Counted from the stretch's first letter, positions 1-12,800 are shown. The stretch is 64,000 bases of DNA from Eledone cirrhosa (GCA_964016885.1 OZ024742.1:244342001-244406000); one strand, 5' to 3'. Notes: generated by a model from the letters alone, not told the origin. Made by a program: numbers and translations.

Positions 1-3000
1 ACTACCTTGTACTCTAGTATCTCTACAATCTCTCCTCCAATACATATCCACTACCTTGTACTCTAGTATCTCTACAATCTCTCCTCCAATACATATCCAC
101 TACCTTGTACTCTAGTATCTCTACAATCTCTCCTCCAACACATATCCACTACCTTGTACTCTAGTACCTCTACAATCTCTCCTCCAACACATATCCACTA
201 CCTTGTACTCTAGTATCTCTACAGTCTCTCCTCCAACACATATCCACTACCTTGTACTCTAGTACCTCTACAATCTCTCCTCCAACACATATCCACTACC
301 TTATACTCTAGTATCTCTACAATCTCTCCTCCAACACATATCCACTACCTTGTACTCTAGTATCTCTACAATCTCTCCTCCAACACATATCCACTACCCT
401 GTACTCTAGTATCTCTACAGTCTCTCCTCCAACACATATCCACTACCTTGTACTCTAGCACCTCTACAATCTTTCCTCCAATACATATCCACTACCTTGT
501 ACTCTAGTACCTCTACAATCTCTCCTGCAACACATATCCACTAACTTGTACTCTAGTATCTCTACAATCTCTCCTCCAATACATATCCACTACCTTGTAC
601 TCTAGTACCTCTACAATCTCTCCCCCAAGACATATCCACTACCTTGTACTCTAGTATCTCTACAATCTCTCCTCCAATACATATCCACTACCTTGTACTC
701 TAGTACCTCTACAATCTCTCCTCCAATACATATCCACTACCTTGTACTCTAGTATCTCTACAATCTCTCCTCCAATACATATCCACTACCATGTACTCTA
801 GTATCTCTACAATCTCTCCTCCAACACATATCCACTACCTTGTACTCTAGTACCTCTACAATCTCTCCTCCAACACATATCCACTACCTTGTACTCTAGT
901 ATCTCTACAGTCTCTCCTCCAACACATATCCACTACCTTGTACTCTAGTACCTCTACAATCTCTCCTGCAACACATATCCACTAACTTGTACTCTAGTAT
1001 CTCTACAATCTCTCCTCCAATACATATCCACTACCTTGTACTCTAGTACCTCTACAATCTCTCCCCCAAGACATATCCACTACCTTGTACTCTAGTATCT
1101 CTACAATCTCTCCTCCAATACATATCCACTACCTTGTACTCTAGTACCTCTACAATCTCTCCTCCAATACATATCCACTACCTTGTACTCTAGTATCTCT
1201 ACAATCTCTCCTCCAATACATATCCACTACCTTGTACTCTAGTATCTCTACAATCTCTCCTCCAACACATATCCACTACCTTGTACTCTAGTACCTCTAC
1301 AATCTCTCCTCCAACACATATCCACTACCTTGTACTCTAGTATCTCTACAGTCTCTCCTCCAACACATATCCACTACCTTGTACTCTAGTACCTCTACAA
1401 TCTCTCCTCCAACACATATCCACTACCTTATACTCTAGTATCTCTACAATCTCTCCTCCAACACATATCCACTACCTTGTACTCTAGTATCTCTAGAATC
1501 TCTCCTCCAACACATATCCACTACCCTGTACTCTAGTATCTCTACAGTCTCTCCTCCAACACATATCCACTACCTTGTACTCTAGCACCTCTACAATCTT
1601 TCCTCCAATACATATCCACTACCTTGTACTCTAGTACCTCTACAATCTCTCCTGCAACACATATCCACTAACTTGTACTCTAGTATCTCTACAATCTCTC
1701 CTCCAATACATATCCACTACCTTGTACTCTAGTACCTCTACAATCTCTCCCCCAAGACATATCCACTACCTTGTACTCTAGTATCTCTACAATCTCTCCT
1801 CCAATACATATCCACTACCTTGTACTCTAGTACCTCTACAATCTCTCCTCCAATACATATCCACTACCTTGTACTCTAGTATCTCTACAATCTCTCCTCC
1901 AATACATATCCACTACCTTGTACTCTAGTATCTCTACAATCTCTCCTCCAACACATATCCACTACCTTGTACTCTAGTACCCATACAATCTCTCCTCCAA
2001 CACATATCCACTACCTTGTACTCTAGTATCTCTACAGTCTCTCCTCCAACACATATCCACTACCTTGTACTCTAGTACCTCTACAATCTCTCCTCCAACA
2101 CATATCCACTACCTTATACTCTAGTATCTCTACAATCTCTCCTCCAACACATATCCACTACCTTGTACTCTAGTATCTCTACAATCTCTCCTCCAACACA
2201 TATCCACTACCTTGTACTCTAGTATCTCTACAGTCTCTCCTCCAACACATATCCACTACCTTGTACTCTAGCACCTCTACAATCTTTCCTCCAATACATA
2301 TCCACTACCTTGTACTCTAGTACCTCTATAATCTCTCCTCCAACACATATCCACTACCTTGTACTCTAGTATCTCTACAATCTCCCCTCCAATACATATC
2401 CACTACCTTGTACTCTAGTACCTCTACAATCTCTCTTCCAAGACATATCCACTACCTTGTACTCTAGTATCTCTACAATCTCTCCTCCAACACATATCCA
2501 CTACCTTGTACTCTAGTACCTCTACAATCTCTCCTCCAACACATATCCACTACCTTGTACTCTAGTATCTCTACAGTCTCTCCTCCAACACATATCCACT
2601 ACCTTGTACTCTAGTATCTCTACAATCTCTCCTCCAACACATATGCACTACCTTGTACTCTAGTACCTCTACAATCTCTCCTCCAACACATATCCACTAC
2701 CTTGTACTCTAGTATCTCTACAATCTCTCCTCCAACACATATCCAGTACCTTGTACTCTAGCACCTCTACAATCTTTCCTCCAATACATATCCACTACCT
2801 TGTACTCTAGTACCTCTACAATCTCTCCTGCAACACATATCCACTAACTTGTACTCTAGTATCTCTACAATCTCTCCTCCAATACATATCCACTACCTTG
2901 TACTCTAGTACCTCTACAATCTCTCCTCCAACACATATCCACTACCTTGTACTCTAGCACCTCTACAATCTTTCCTCCAATACATATCCACTACCTTGTA

Positions 3001-6000
3001 CTCTAGTACCTCTACAATCTCTCCTGCAACACATATCCACTACCTTGTACTCTAGTATCTCTACAATCTCTCCTCCAATACATATCCACTACCTTGTACT
3101 CTAGTATCTCTACAATCTCTCCTCCAATATATATCCACTACCTTGTACTCTAGTATCTCTACAATCTCTCCTCCAATACATATCCACTACCTTGTACTCT
3201 AGTATCTCTACAATCTCTCCTCCAACACATATCCACTACCTTGTACTCTAGTACCTCTACAATCTCTCCTCCAACACATATCCACTACCTTGTACTCTAG
3301 TATCTCTACAGTCTCTCCTCCAACACATATCCACTACCTTGTACTCTAGTACCTCTACAATCTCTCCTCCAACACATATCCACTACCTTATACTCTAGTA
3401 TCTCTACAATCTCTCCTCCAACACATATCCACTACCTTGTACTCTAGTATCTCTACAATCTCTCCTCCAACACATATCCACTACCCTGTACTCTAGTATC
3501 TCTACAGTCTCTCCTCCAACACATATCCACTACCTTGTACTCTAGCACCTCTACAATCTTTCCTCCAATACATATCCACTACCTTGTACTCTAGTACCTC
3601 TACAATCTCTCCTGCAACACATATCCACTAACTTGTACTCTAGTATCTCTACAATCTCTCCTCCAATACATATCCACTACCTTGTACTCTAGTACCTCTA
3701 CAATCTCTCCCCCAAGACATATCCACTACCTTGTACTCTAGTATCTCTACAATCTCTCCTCCAATACATATCCACTACCTTGTACTCTAGTACCTCTACA
3801 ATCTCTCCTCCAATACATATCCACTACCTTGTACTCTAGTATCTCTACAATCTCTCCCCCAATACATATCCACTACCTTGTACTCTAGTATCTCTACAAT
3901 CTCTCCTCCAACACATATCCACTACCTTGTACTCTAGTACCTCTACAATCTCTCCTCCAACACATATCCACTACCTTGTACTCTAGTATCTCTACAGTCT
4001 CTCCTCCAACACATATCCACTACCTTGTACTCTAGTACCTCTACAATCTCTCCTCCAACACATATCCACTACCTTATACTCTAGTATCTCTACAATCTCT
4101 CCTCCAACACATATCCACTACCTTGTACTCTAATATCTCTACAATCTCTCCTCCAACACATATCCACTACCTTGTACTCTAGTATCTCTACAGTCTCTCC
4201 TCCAACACATATCCACTACCTTGTACTCTAGCACCCCTACAATCTTTCCTCCAATACATATCCACTACCTTGTACTCTAGTACCTCTACAATCTCTCCTC
4301 CAACACATATCCACTACCTTGTACTCTAGTATCTCTACAATCTCTCCTCCAATACATATCCACTACCTTGTACTCTAGTACCTCTACAATCTCTCTTCCA
4401 AGACATATCCACTACCTTGTACTCTAGTATCTCTACAATCTCTCCTCCAACACATATCCACTACCTTGTACTCTAGTACCTCTACAATCTCTCCTCCAAC
4501 ACATATCCACTACCTTGTACTCTAGTATCTCTACAGTCTCTCCTCCAACACATATCCACTACCTTGTACTCTAGTATCTCTACAATCTCTCCTCCAACAC
4601 ATATCCACTACCTTGTACTCTAGTACCTCTACAATCTCTCCTGCAACACATATCCACTAACTTGTACTCTAGTATCTCTACAATCTCTCCTCCAATACAT
4701 ATCCACTACCTTGTACTCTAGTACCTCTACAATCTCTCCCCCAAGACATATCCACTACCTTGTACTCTAGTATCTCTACAATCTCTCCTCCAATACATAC
4801 CCACTACCTTGTACTCTAGTACCTCTACAATCTCTCCTCCAATACATATCCACTACCTTGTACTCTAGTATCTCTACAATCTCTCCTCCAATACATATCC
4901 ACTACCTTGTACTCTAGTATCTCTACAATCTCTCCTCCAACACATATCCACTACCTTGTACTCTAGTACCTCTACAATCTCTCCTCCAACACATATCCAC
5001 TACCTTGTACTCTAGTATCTCTACAGTCTCTCCTCCAACACATATCCACTACCTTGTACTCTAGTACCTATACAATCTCTCCTCCAACACATATCCACTA
5101 CCTTATACTCTAGTATCTCTACAATCTCTCCTCCAACACATATCCACTACCTTGTACTCTAGTATCTCTACAATCTCTCCTCCAACACATATCCACTACC
5201 TTGTACTCTAGTATCTCTACAGTCTCTCCTCCAACACATATCCACTACCTTGTACTCTAGCACCTCTACAATCTTTCCTCCAATACATATCCACTACCTT
5301 GTACTCTAGTACCTCTACAATCTCTCCTCCAACACATATCCACTACCTTGTACTCTAGTATCTCTACAATCTCTCCTCCAATACATATCCACTACCTTGT
5401 ACTCTAGTACCTCTACAATCTCTCTTCCAAGACATATCCACTACCTTGTACTCTAGTATCTCTACAATCTCTCCTCCAACACATATCCACTACCTTGTAC
5501 TCTAGTACCTCTACAATCTCTCCTCCAACACATATCCACTACCTTGTACTCTAGTATCTCTACAATCTCTCCTCCAACACATATCCACTACCTTGTACTC
5601 TAGCACCTCTACAATCTTTCCTCCAATACATATCCACTACCTTGTACTCTAGTACCTCTACAATCTCTCCTGCAACACATATCCACTAACTTGTACTCTA
5701 GTATCTCTACAATCTCTCCTCCAATACATATCCACTACCTTGTACTCTAGTACCTCTACAATCTTTCCTCCAATACATATCCACTACCTTGTACTCTAGT
5801 ACCTCTACAATCTCTCCTGCAACACATATCCACTACCTTGTACTCTAGTATCTCTACAATCTCTCCTCCAATACATATCCACTACCTTGTACTCTAGTAT
5901 CTCTACAATCTCTCCTCCAATACATATCCACTACCTTGTACTCTAGTATCTCTACAATCTCTCCTCCAACACATATCCACTACCTTGTACTCTAGTATCT

Positions 6001-6195
6001 CTACAATCTCTCCTCCAATACATATACACTACCTTGTACTCTAGCACCTCTACAATCTTACCTCCAATACATATCCACTACCTTGTACTCTAGTACCACA
6101 ATCTCTCCTCCAACACATATCCACTACCTTGTACTCTAGTATCTCTACAATCTCTCCTCCAACACATATCCACTACCTTGTACTCTAGTATCTCT
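1..6195. repeat. 49-bp tandem satellite/minisatellite array A (about 126 units; continues past the left window edge)
   Basis: Consensus ACTACCTTGTACTCTAGTA(T/C)CTCTACAATCTCTCCTCCAA(C/T)ACATATCC repeats head-to-tail with a 49-bp period. I see only substitutions until a 3-bp deletion near 6097. The array ends abruptly at ...TACTCTAGTATCTCT (6195). Confidence 0.98.
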
Positions 6196-6262
6196 CTGAG
6201 TGAGTGAGAGATGATTGGGGAGGGAAACTGAGTTGGTGTTAGCTATCTGTATCTGAAATAAA

Positions 6263-6268
6263 GTAAGT
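6263..6268 (+). promoter_or_regulatory. Candidate 5' splice donor GTAAGT
   Basis: AAATAAA|GTAAGTTT is an exact match to the U2-type intronic donor consensus GTAAGT. The exonic side (AAA) is not the optimal MAG. Motif evidence only. Confidence 0.3.
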
Positions 6269-6453
6269 TTACATAGTCAACCAGAGACAAGTGAAGAGTT
6301 GATATCAAGATAAATTCTTCCAAATTTGTAGTTTATCTACTATCTAATCCACCAAGCATTAACACATTTCACTAAGTATCATTATCATGTCTAATAGTTA
6401 TAGTAGTCTTTGAATTATGACACGTTAGTGCCAATTATGTGGTGTAATGTTAC

Positions 6454-6471
6454 TGTGTGTGTGTGTGTGTG
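6454..6471. repeat. (TG)9 microsatellite
   Basis: TGTGTGTGTGTGTGTGTG read directly. Confidence 0.95.
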
Positions 6472-6727
6472 AATGACATAGTGTAAATGTAATGATAGCA
6501 AAACTCAGATGATGTGTGCAAAAGAGAAGACTGCACTGGTACAGACGTGATTCATATGGAATACAGCAGCTGTATAAAGAAATGTCTGTGGATGGGACTT
6601 GTAGAAGAGTCAGATCCAGGAAGCTGAACCCCACGAGAAATATGATAAAGGATTGCAATAACTGGCAACATGCAGTACTGGAGATGACCCACCTACCAAT
6701 ACAAAAGCAAGATACTCAATATACTCT

Positions 6728-6760
6728 TACTAACCCCATTCTTTCATTCATCTCTACTAG
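6728..6760 (+). promoter_or_regulatory. Candidate branch point + polypyrimidine tract + 3' splice acceptor
   Basis: TACTAAC (6728-6734) is followed by CCCATTCTTTCATTCATCTCTAC and then TAG (6758-6760), the first AG after the branch site. The branch A lies 27 nt upstream of the acceptor G. Motif evidence only. Confidence 0.35.
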
Positions 6761-6790
6761 GGGCAAGTACTACAACCCTATACCCCTTGT

Positions 6791-6802
6791 CTCTCTCTCT
6801 CT
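6791..6802. repeat. (CT)6 microsatellite
   Basis: CTCTCTCTCTCT read directly, 25 bp before array B. Confidence 0.85.
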
Positions 6803-6827
6803 GTGGTGGATGTCACTTTTGGACTGT

Positions 6828-9800
6828 TCATGCTCTTACTATTCTTGTCACTCTACTCCATTCTCTCCTACATTACTCTCACTCATGCTCTTACTATTCT
6901 TGTCACTCTACTCCATTCTCTCCTATATTACTCCCACTCATGCTCTTACTATTCTTGTCACTCTACTCCATTCTCTCCTACAATACTCTCACTCATGCTC
7001 TTACTATTCTTGTCACTCTACTCCATTCTCTCCTACATTACTCTCACTCATGCTCTTACTATTCTTGTCACTCTACTCCATTCTCTCCTACATTACTCCC
7101 ACTCATGCTCTTACTATTCTTGTCTCTCTACTCCATTCTCTCCTATATTACTCCCACTCATGCTCTTACTATTCTTGTCACTCTACTTCATTCTCTCCTA
7201 TATTACTCCCACTCATGCTCTTACTATTCTTGTCACTCTACTCCATTCTCTCCTATATTACTCCCACTCATGCTCTTACTATTCTTGTCACTCTACTCCA
7301 TTCTCTCCTATATTACTCCCACTCATGCTCTTACTATTCTTGTCACTCTACTCCATTCTCTTCTACATTACTCCCACTCATGCTCTTACTATTCCTGTCA
7401 CTCTACTCCATTCTCTTCTACATTACTCTCACTCATGCTCTTACTATTCTTGTCACTCTACTCCATTCTCTCCTATATTACTCCCACTCATGCTCTTACT
7501 ATTCTTGTCACTCTACTCCATTCTCTCCTTCATTACTCCCACTCATGCTCTTACTATTCTTGTCACTCTACTCCATTCTCTTCTACATTACTCCCACTCA
7601 TGCTCTTACTATTCTTGTCACTCTACTCCATTCTCTCCTTCATTACTCCCACTCATGCTCTTACTATTCTTGTCACTCTACTCGATTCTCTCCTACATTA
7701 CTCTCACTCATGCTCTTACTATTCTTGTCACTCTACTCCATTCTCTCCTTCATTACTCCCACTCATGCTCTTACTATTCTTGTCACTCTACTCCATTCTC
7801 TTCTACATTACTCCCACTCATGCTTTACTATTCTTGTCACTCTACTCCATTCTCTCCTATATTATTCCCACTCATGCTCTTACTATACTTGTCACTCTAC
7901 TCCATTCTCTCCTATATTACTCCCACTCATGCTCTTACTATTCTTGTCACTCTACTCCATTTTCTCCTATATTACTCCCACTCATGCTCTTACTATTCTC
8001 GTCACTCTACTCCATTCTCTGCTATATTACTCCCACTCATGCTCTTACTATTCTTGTCACTCTACTCCATTCTCTCCTACATTACTCCCACTCATGCTCT
8101 TACTATTCTTGTCACTCTACTCCATTTTCTCCTATATTACTCCCACTCATGCTCTTACTATTCTTGTCACTCTACTCCATTCTCTCCTATATTACTCCCA
8201 CTCATGCTCTTACTATTCTTGTCACTCTGCTCCATTCTCTCCTATATTACTCCCACTCATGCTCTTACTATTCTTGTCACTCTACTCCATTTTCTCCTAT
8301 ATTACTCCCACTCATGCTCTTACTATTCTTGTCACTCTACTCCATTCTCTCCTACATTACTCCCACTCATGCTCTTACTATTCTTGTCACTCTACTCCAT
8401 TCTCTCCTACATTACTCCCACTCATGCTCTTACTATTCTTGTCACTCTACTTCATTCTCTCCTACATTACTCCCACTCATGCTCTTACTATTCTTGTCAC
8501 TCTACTTCATTCTCTCCTACATTACTCCCACTCATGCTCTTACTATTCTTGTCACTCTACTCCATTCTCTCCTATATTAATCCCACTCATGCTCTTACTA
8601 TTCTTGTCACTCTACTCCATTCTCTCCTATAGTACTCCCACTCATGCTCTTACTATTCTTGTCACTCTACTCCATTCTCTCCTATATTACTCCCACTCAT
8701 GCTCTTACTATTCTTGTCACTCTACTCCATTCTCTCCTATAGTACTCCCACTCATGCTCTTACTATTCTTGTCACTCTACTCCATTTTCTCCTATATTAC
8801 TCCCACTCATGCTCTTACTATTCTTGTCACTCTACTCCATTCTCTCCTATATTACTCCCACTCATGCTCTTACTATTCTTGTCACTCTACTCCATTCTCT
8901 CCTATATTACTCCCACTCATGCTCTTACTATTCTTGTCACTCTACTCCATTCTCTCCTATATTACTCCCACTCATGCTCTTACTATTCTTGTCACTCTAC
9001 TTCATTCTCTCCTACATTACTCCCACTCATGCTCTTACTATTCTTGTCACTCTACTTCATTCTCTCCTACATTACTCCCACTCATGCTCTTACTATTCTT
9101 GTCACTCTACTTCATTCTCTCCCACATTACTCCCACTCATGCTCTTACTATTCTTGTCACTCTACTTCATTCTCTCCTACATTACTCCCACTCATGCTCT
9201 TAATATTCTTGTCATTCTACTCCATTCTCTCCTATATTACTCCTACTCATGCACTTACTATTCTTGTCACTCTACTCCATTCTCTCCTATATTGCTCCCA
9301 CTCATGCTCTTACTATTCTTGTCACTCTACTCCATTCTCTCCTATATTACTCCCACTCATGCTCTTACTATTCTTGTCACTCTACTCCATTCTCTCCTAC
9401 ATTACTCCCACTCATGCTCTTACTATTCTTGTTACTCTACTCCATTCTCTCCTACAATATACCCACTCATGCTCTTACTATTCTTGTCACTCTACTCCAT
9501 TCTCTCCTTCATTACTCCCACTCATGCTCTTACTATTCTTGTCACTCTACTCCATTCTCTCCTACATTACTCCCACTCATGCTCTTACTATTCTTGTCAC
9601 TCTACTTCATTCTCTCCTATATTACTCCCACTCATGCTCTTACTATTCTTGTCACTCTCCTCCATTCTCTCCTACATTCTCTCCCACTCATGCTCTTACT
9701 ATTCTTGTCACTCTACTCCATTCTCTCCTATATTACTCCCACTCATGCTCTTACTATTCTTGTCACTCTACTCTATTCTCTCCTACATTACTCCCACTCA

Positions 9801-12800
9801 TGCTCTTACTATTCTTGTCACTCTACTCCATTCTCTCCTACATTACTCCCACTCATGCTCTTACTATTCTTGTCACTCTACTTCATTCTCTCCTACATTA
9901 CTCCCACTCATGCTCTTACTATTCTTGTCACTCTACTCCATTCTCTCCTACATTACTCCCACTCATGCTCTTACTATTCTTGTCACTCTACTTCATTCTC
10001 TCCTACATTACTCCCACTCATGCTCTTACTATTCTTGTCACTCTAGTCCATTCTCTCCTATATTACTCCCACTCATGCTCTTACTATTCTTGTCACTCTA
10101 CTCCATTCTCTCCTATATTACTCTCACTCATGCTCTTACTATTCTTGTCACTCTACTCCATTTTCTCCTATATTACTCCCACTCATGCTCTTACTATTCT
10201 TGTCACTCTACTCCATTCTCTCCTATATTACTCCCACTCATGCTCTTACTATTATTGTCACTCTACTCCATTTTCTCCTATATTACTCCCACTCATGCTC
10301 TTACTATTCTTGTCACTCTACTCCATTCTCTCCTATATTACTCCCACTCATGCTCTTACTATTCTTGTCACTCTACTCCAATCTCTCCTATATTACTCCC
10401 ACTCATGCTCTTACTATTCTTGTCACTCTGCTCCATTCTCTCCTACATTACTCCCACTCATGCTCTTACTATTCTTGTCACTCTACTCCATTTTCTCCTA
10501 TATTACTCCCACTCATGCTCTTACTATTCTTGTCACTCTACTCCATTCTCTCCTATATTACTCCCACTCATGCTCTTACTATTCTTGTCACTCTACTCCA
10601 TTCTCTCCTATATTACTCCCACTCATGCTCTTACTATTCTTGTCACTCTACTCCATTCTCTCCTATATTACTCCCACTCATGCTCTTACTATTCTTGTCA
10701 CTCTACTTCATTCTCTCCTACATTACTCCCACTCATGCTCTTACTATTCTTGTCACTCTACTTCATTCTCTCCTACATTACTCCCACTCATGCTCTTACT
10801 ATTCTTGTCACTCTACTTCATTCTCTCCCACATTACTCCCACTCATGCTCTTACTATTCTTGTCACTCTACTTCATTCTCTCCTACATTACTCCCACTCA
10901 TGCTCTTAATATTCTTGTCATTCTACTCCATTCTCTCCTATATTACTCCCACTCATGCACTTACTATTCTTGTCACTCTACTCCATTCTCTCCTATATTG
11001 CTCCCACTCATGCTCTTACTATTCTTGTCACTCTACTCCATTCTCTCCTATATTACTCCCACTCATGCTCTTACTATTCTTGTCACTCTACTCCATTCTC
11101 TCCTACATTACTCCCACTCATGCTCTTACTATTCTTGTCACTCTACTCCATTCTCTCCTACAATATACCCACTCATGCTCTTACTATTCTTGTCACTCTA
11201 CTCCATTCTCTCCTTCATTACTCCCACTCATGCTCTTACTATTCTTGTCACTCTACTCCATTCTCTCCTACATTACTCCCACTCATGCTCTTACTATTCT
11301 TGTCACTCTACTTCATTCTCTCCTATATTACTCCCACTCATGCTCTTACTATTCTTGTCACTCTCCTCCATTCTCTCCTACATTCTCTCCCACTCATGCT
11401 CTTACTATTCTTGTCACTCTACTCCATTCTCTCCTATATTACTCCCACTCATGCTCTTACTATTCTTGTCACTCTACTCTATTCTCTCCTACATTACTCC
11501 CACTCATGCTCTTACTATTCTTGTCACTCTACTCCATTCTCTCCTACATTACTCCCACTCATGCTCTTACTATTCTTGTCACTCTACTTCATTCTCTCCT
11601 ACATTACTCCCACTCATGCTCTTACTATTCTTGTCACTCTACTCCATTCTCTCCTACATTACTCCCACTCATGCTCTTACTATTCTTGTCACTCTACTTC
11701 ATTCTCTCCTACATTACTCCCACTCATGCTCTTACTATTCTTGTCACTCTACTCCATTCTCTCCTATATTACTCCCACTCATGCTCTTACTATTCTTGTC
11801 ACTCTACTCCATTCTCTCCTATATTACTCTCACTCATGCTCTTACTATTCTTGTCACTCTACTCCATTTTCTCCTATATTACTCCCACTCATGCTCTTAC
11901 TATTCTTGTCACTCTACTCCATTCTCTCCTATATTACTCCCACTCATGCTCTTACTATTATTGTCACTCTACTCCATTTTCTCCTATATTACTCCCACTC
12001 ATGCTCTTACTATTCTTGTCACTCTACTCCATTCTCTCCTATATTACTCCCACTCATGCTCTTACTATTCTTGTCACTCTACTCCATTCTCTCCTATATT
12101 ACTCCCACTCATGCTCTTACTATTCTTGTCAATCTGCTCCATTCTCTCCTACATTACTCCCACTCATGCTCTTACTATTCTTGTCACTCTACTTCATTCT
12201 CTCCTATATTACTCCCACTCATGCTCTTACTATTCTTGTCACTCTGCTCCATTCTCTCCTACATTACTCCCACTCATGCTCTTACTATTCTTGTCACTCT
12301 GCTCCATTCTCTCCTACATTACTCCCACTCATGCTCTTACTATTCTTGTCACTCTACTTCATTCTCTCCTATATTACTCCCACTCATGCTCTTACTATTC
12401 TTGTCACTCTGCTCCATTCTCTCCTACATTACTCCCACTCATGCGCTTACTATTCTTGTCACACTACTTCATTCTCTCCTATATTACTCCCACTCATGCT
12501 CTTACTATTCTTGTCACTCTACTCCATTCTCTCCTATATTACTCCCACTCATGCTCTTACTATTCTTGTCACTCTGCTCCATTCTCTCCTACATTACTCC
12601 CACTCATGCTCTTACTATTCTTGTCACTCTACTCCATTCTCTCCTACATTACTCCCACTCATGCTCTTACTATTCTTGTCACTCTACTTCATTCTCTCCT
12701 ACATTACTCCCACTCATGCTCTTACTATTCTTGTCACTCTACTTCATTCTCTCCTACATTACTCCCACTCATGCTCTTACTATTCTTGTCACTCTACTCC

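Larger units (their letters stand above)
6196..6827. other. Unique (non-tandem) 632-bp spacer between the two satellite arrays
   Basis: This is the only high-complexity sequence in the window. G content and strand skew change sharply at 6197, and array B starts at TCATGCTCTTACT (6828). I recognise no protein or RNA family in it. Confidence 0.93.

Noticed and set aside
6257-6262. AATAAA polyadenylation signal
   Set aside because: It is a single hexamer in an AT-rich patch with no upstream gene. It is not supportable without 3'-end data.
6425-6658. 77-aa minus-strand ORF as a gene
   Set aside because: It has a TTG start, runs through the (CA)n microsatellite, and shows no recognisable similarity.
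6196-6827. Spacer as an inserted mobile element
   Set aside because: I see no terminal inverted repeats, target-site duplication, poly(A) tail or Pol III boxes, and the two flanks are different satellites.
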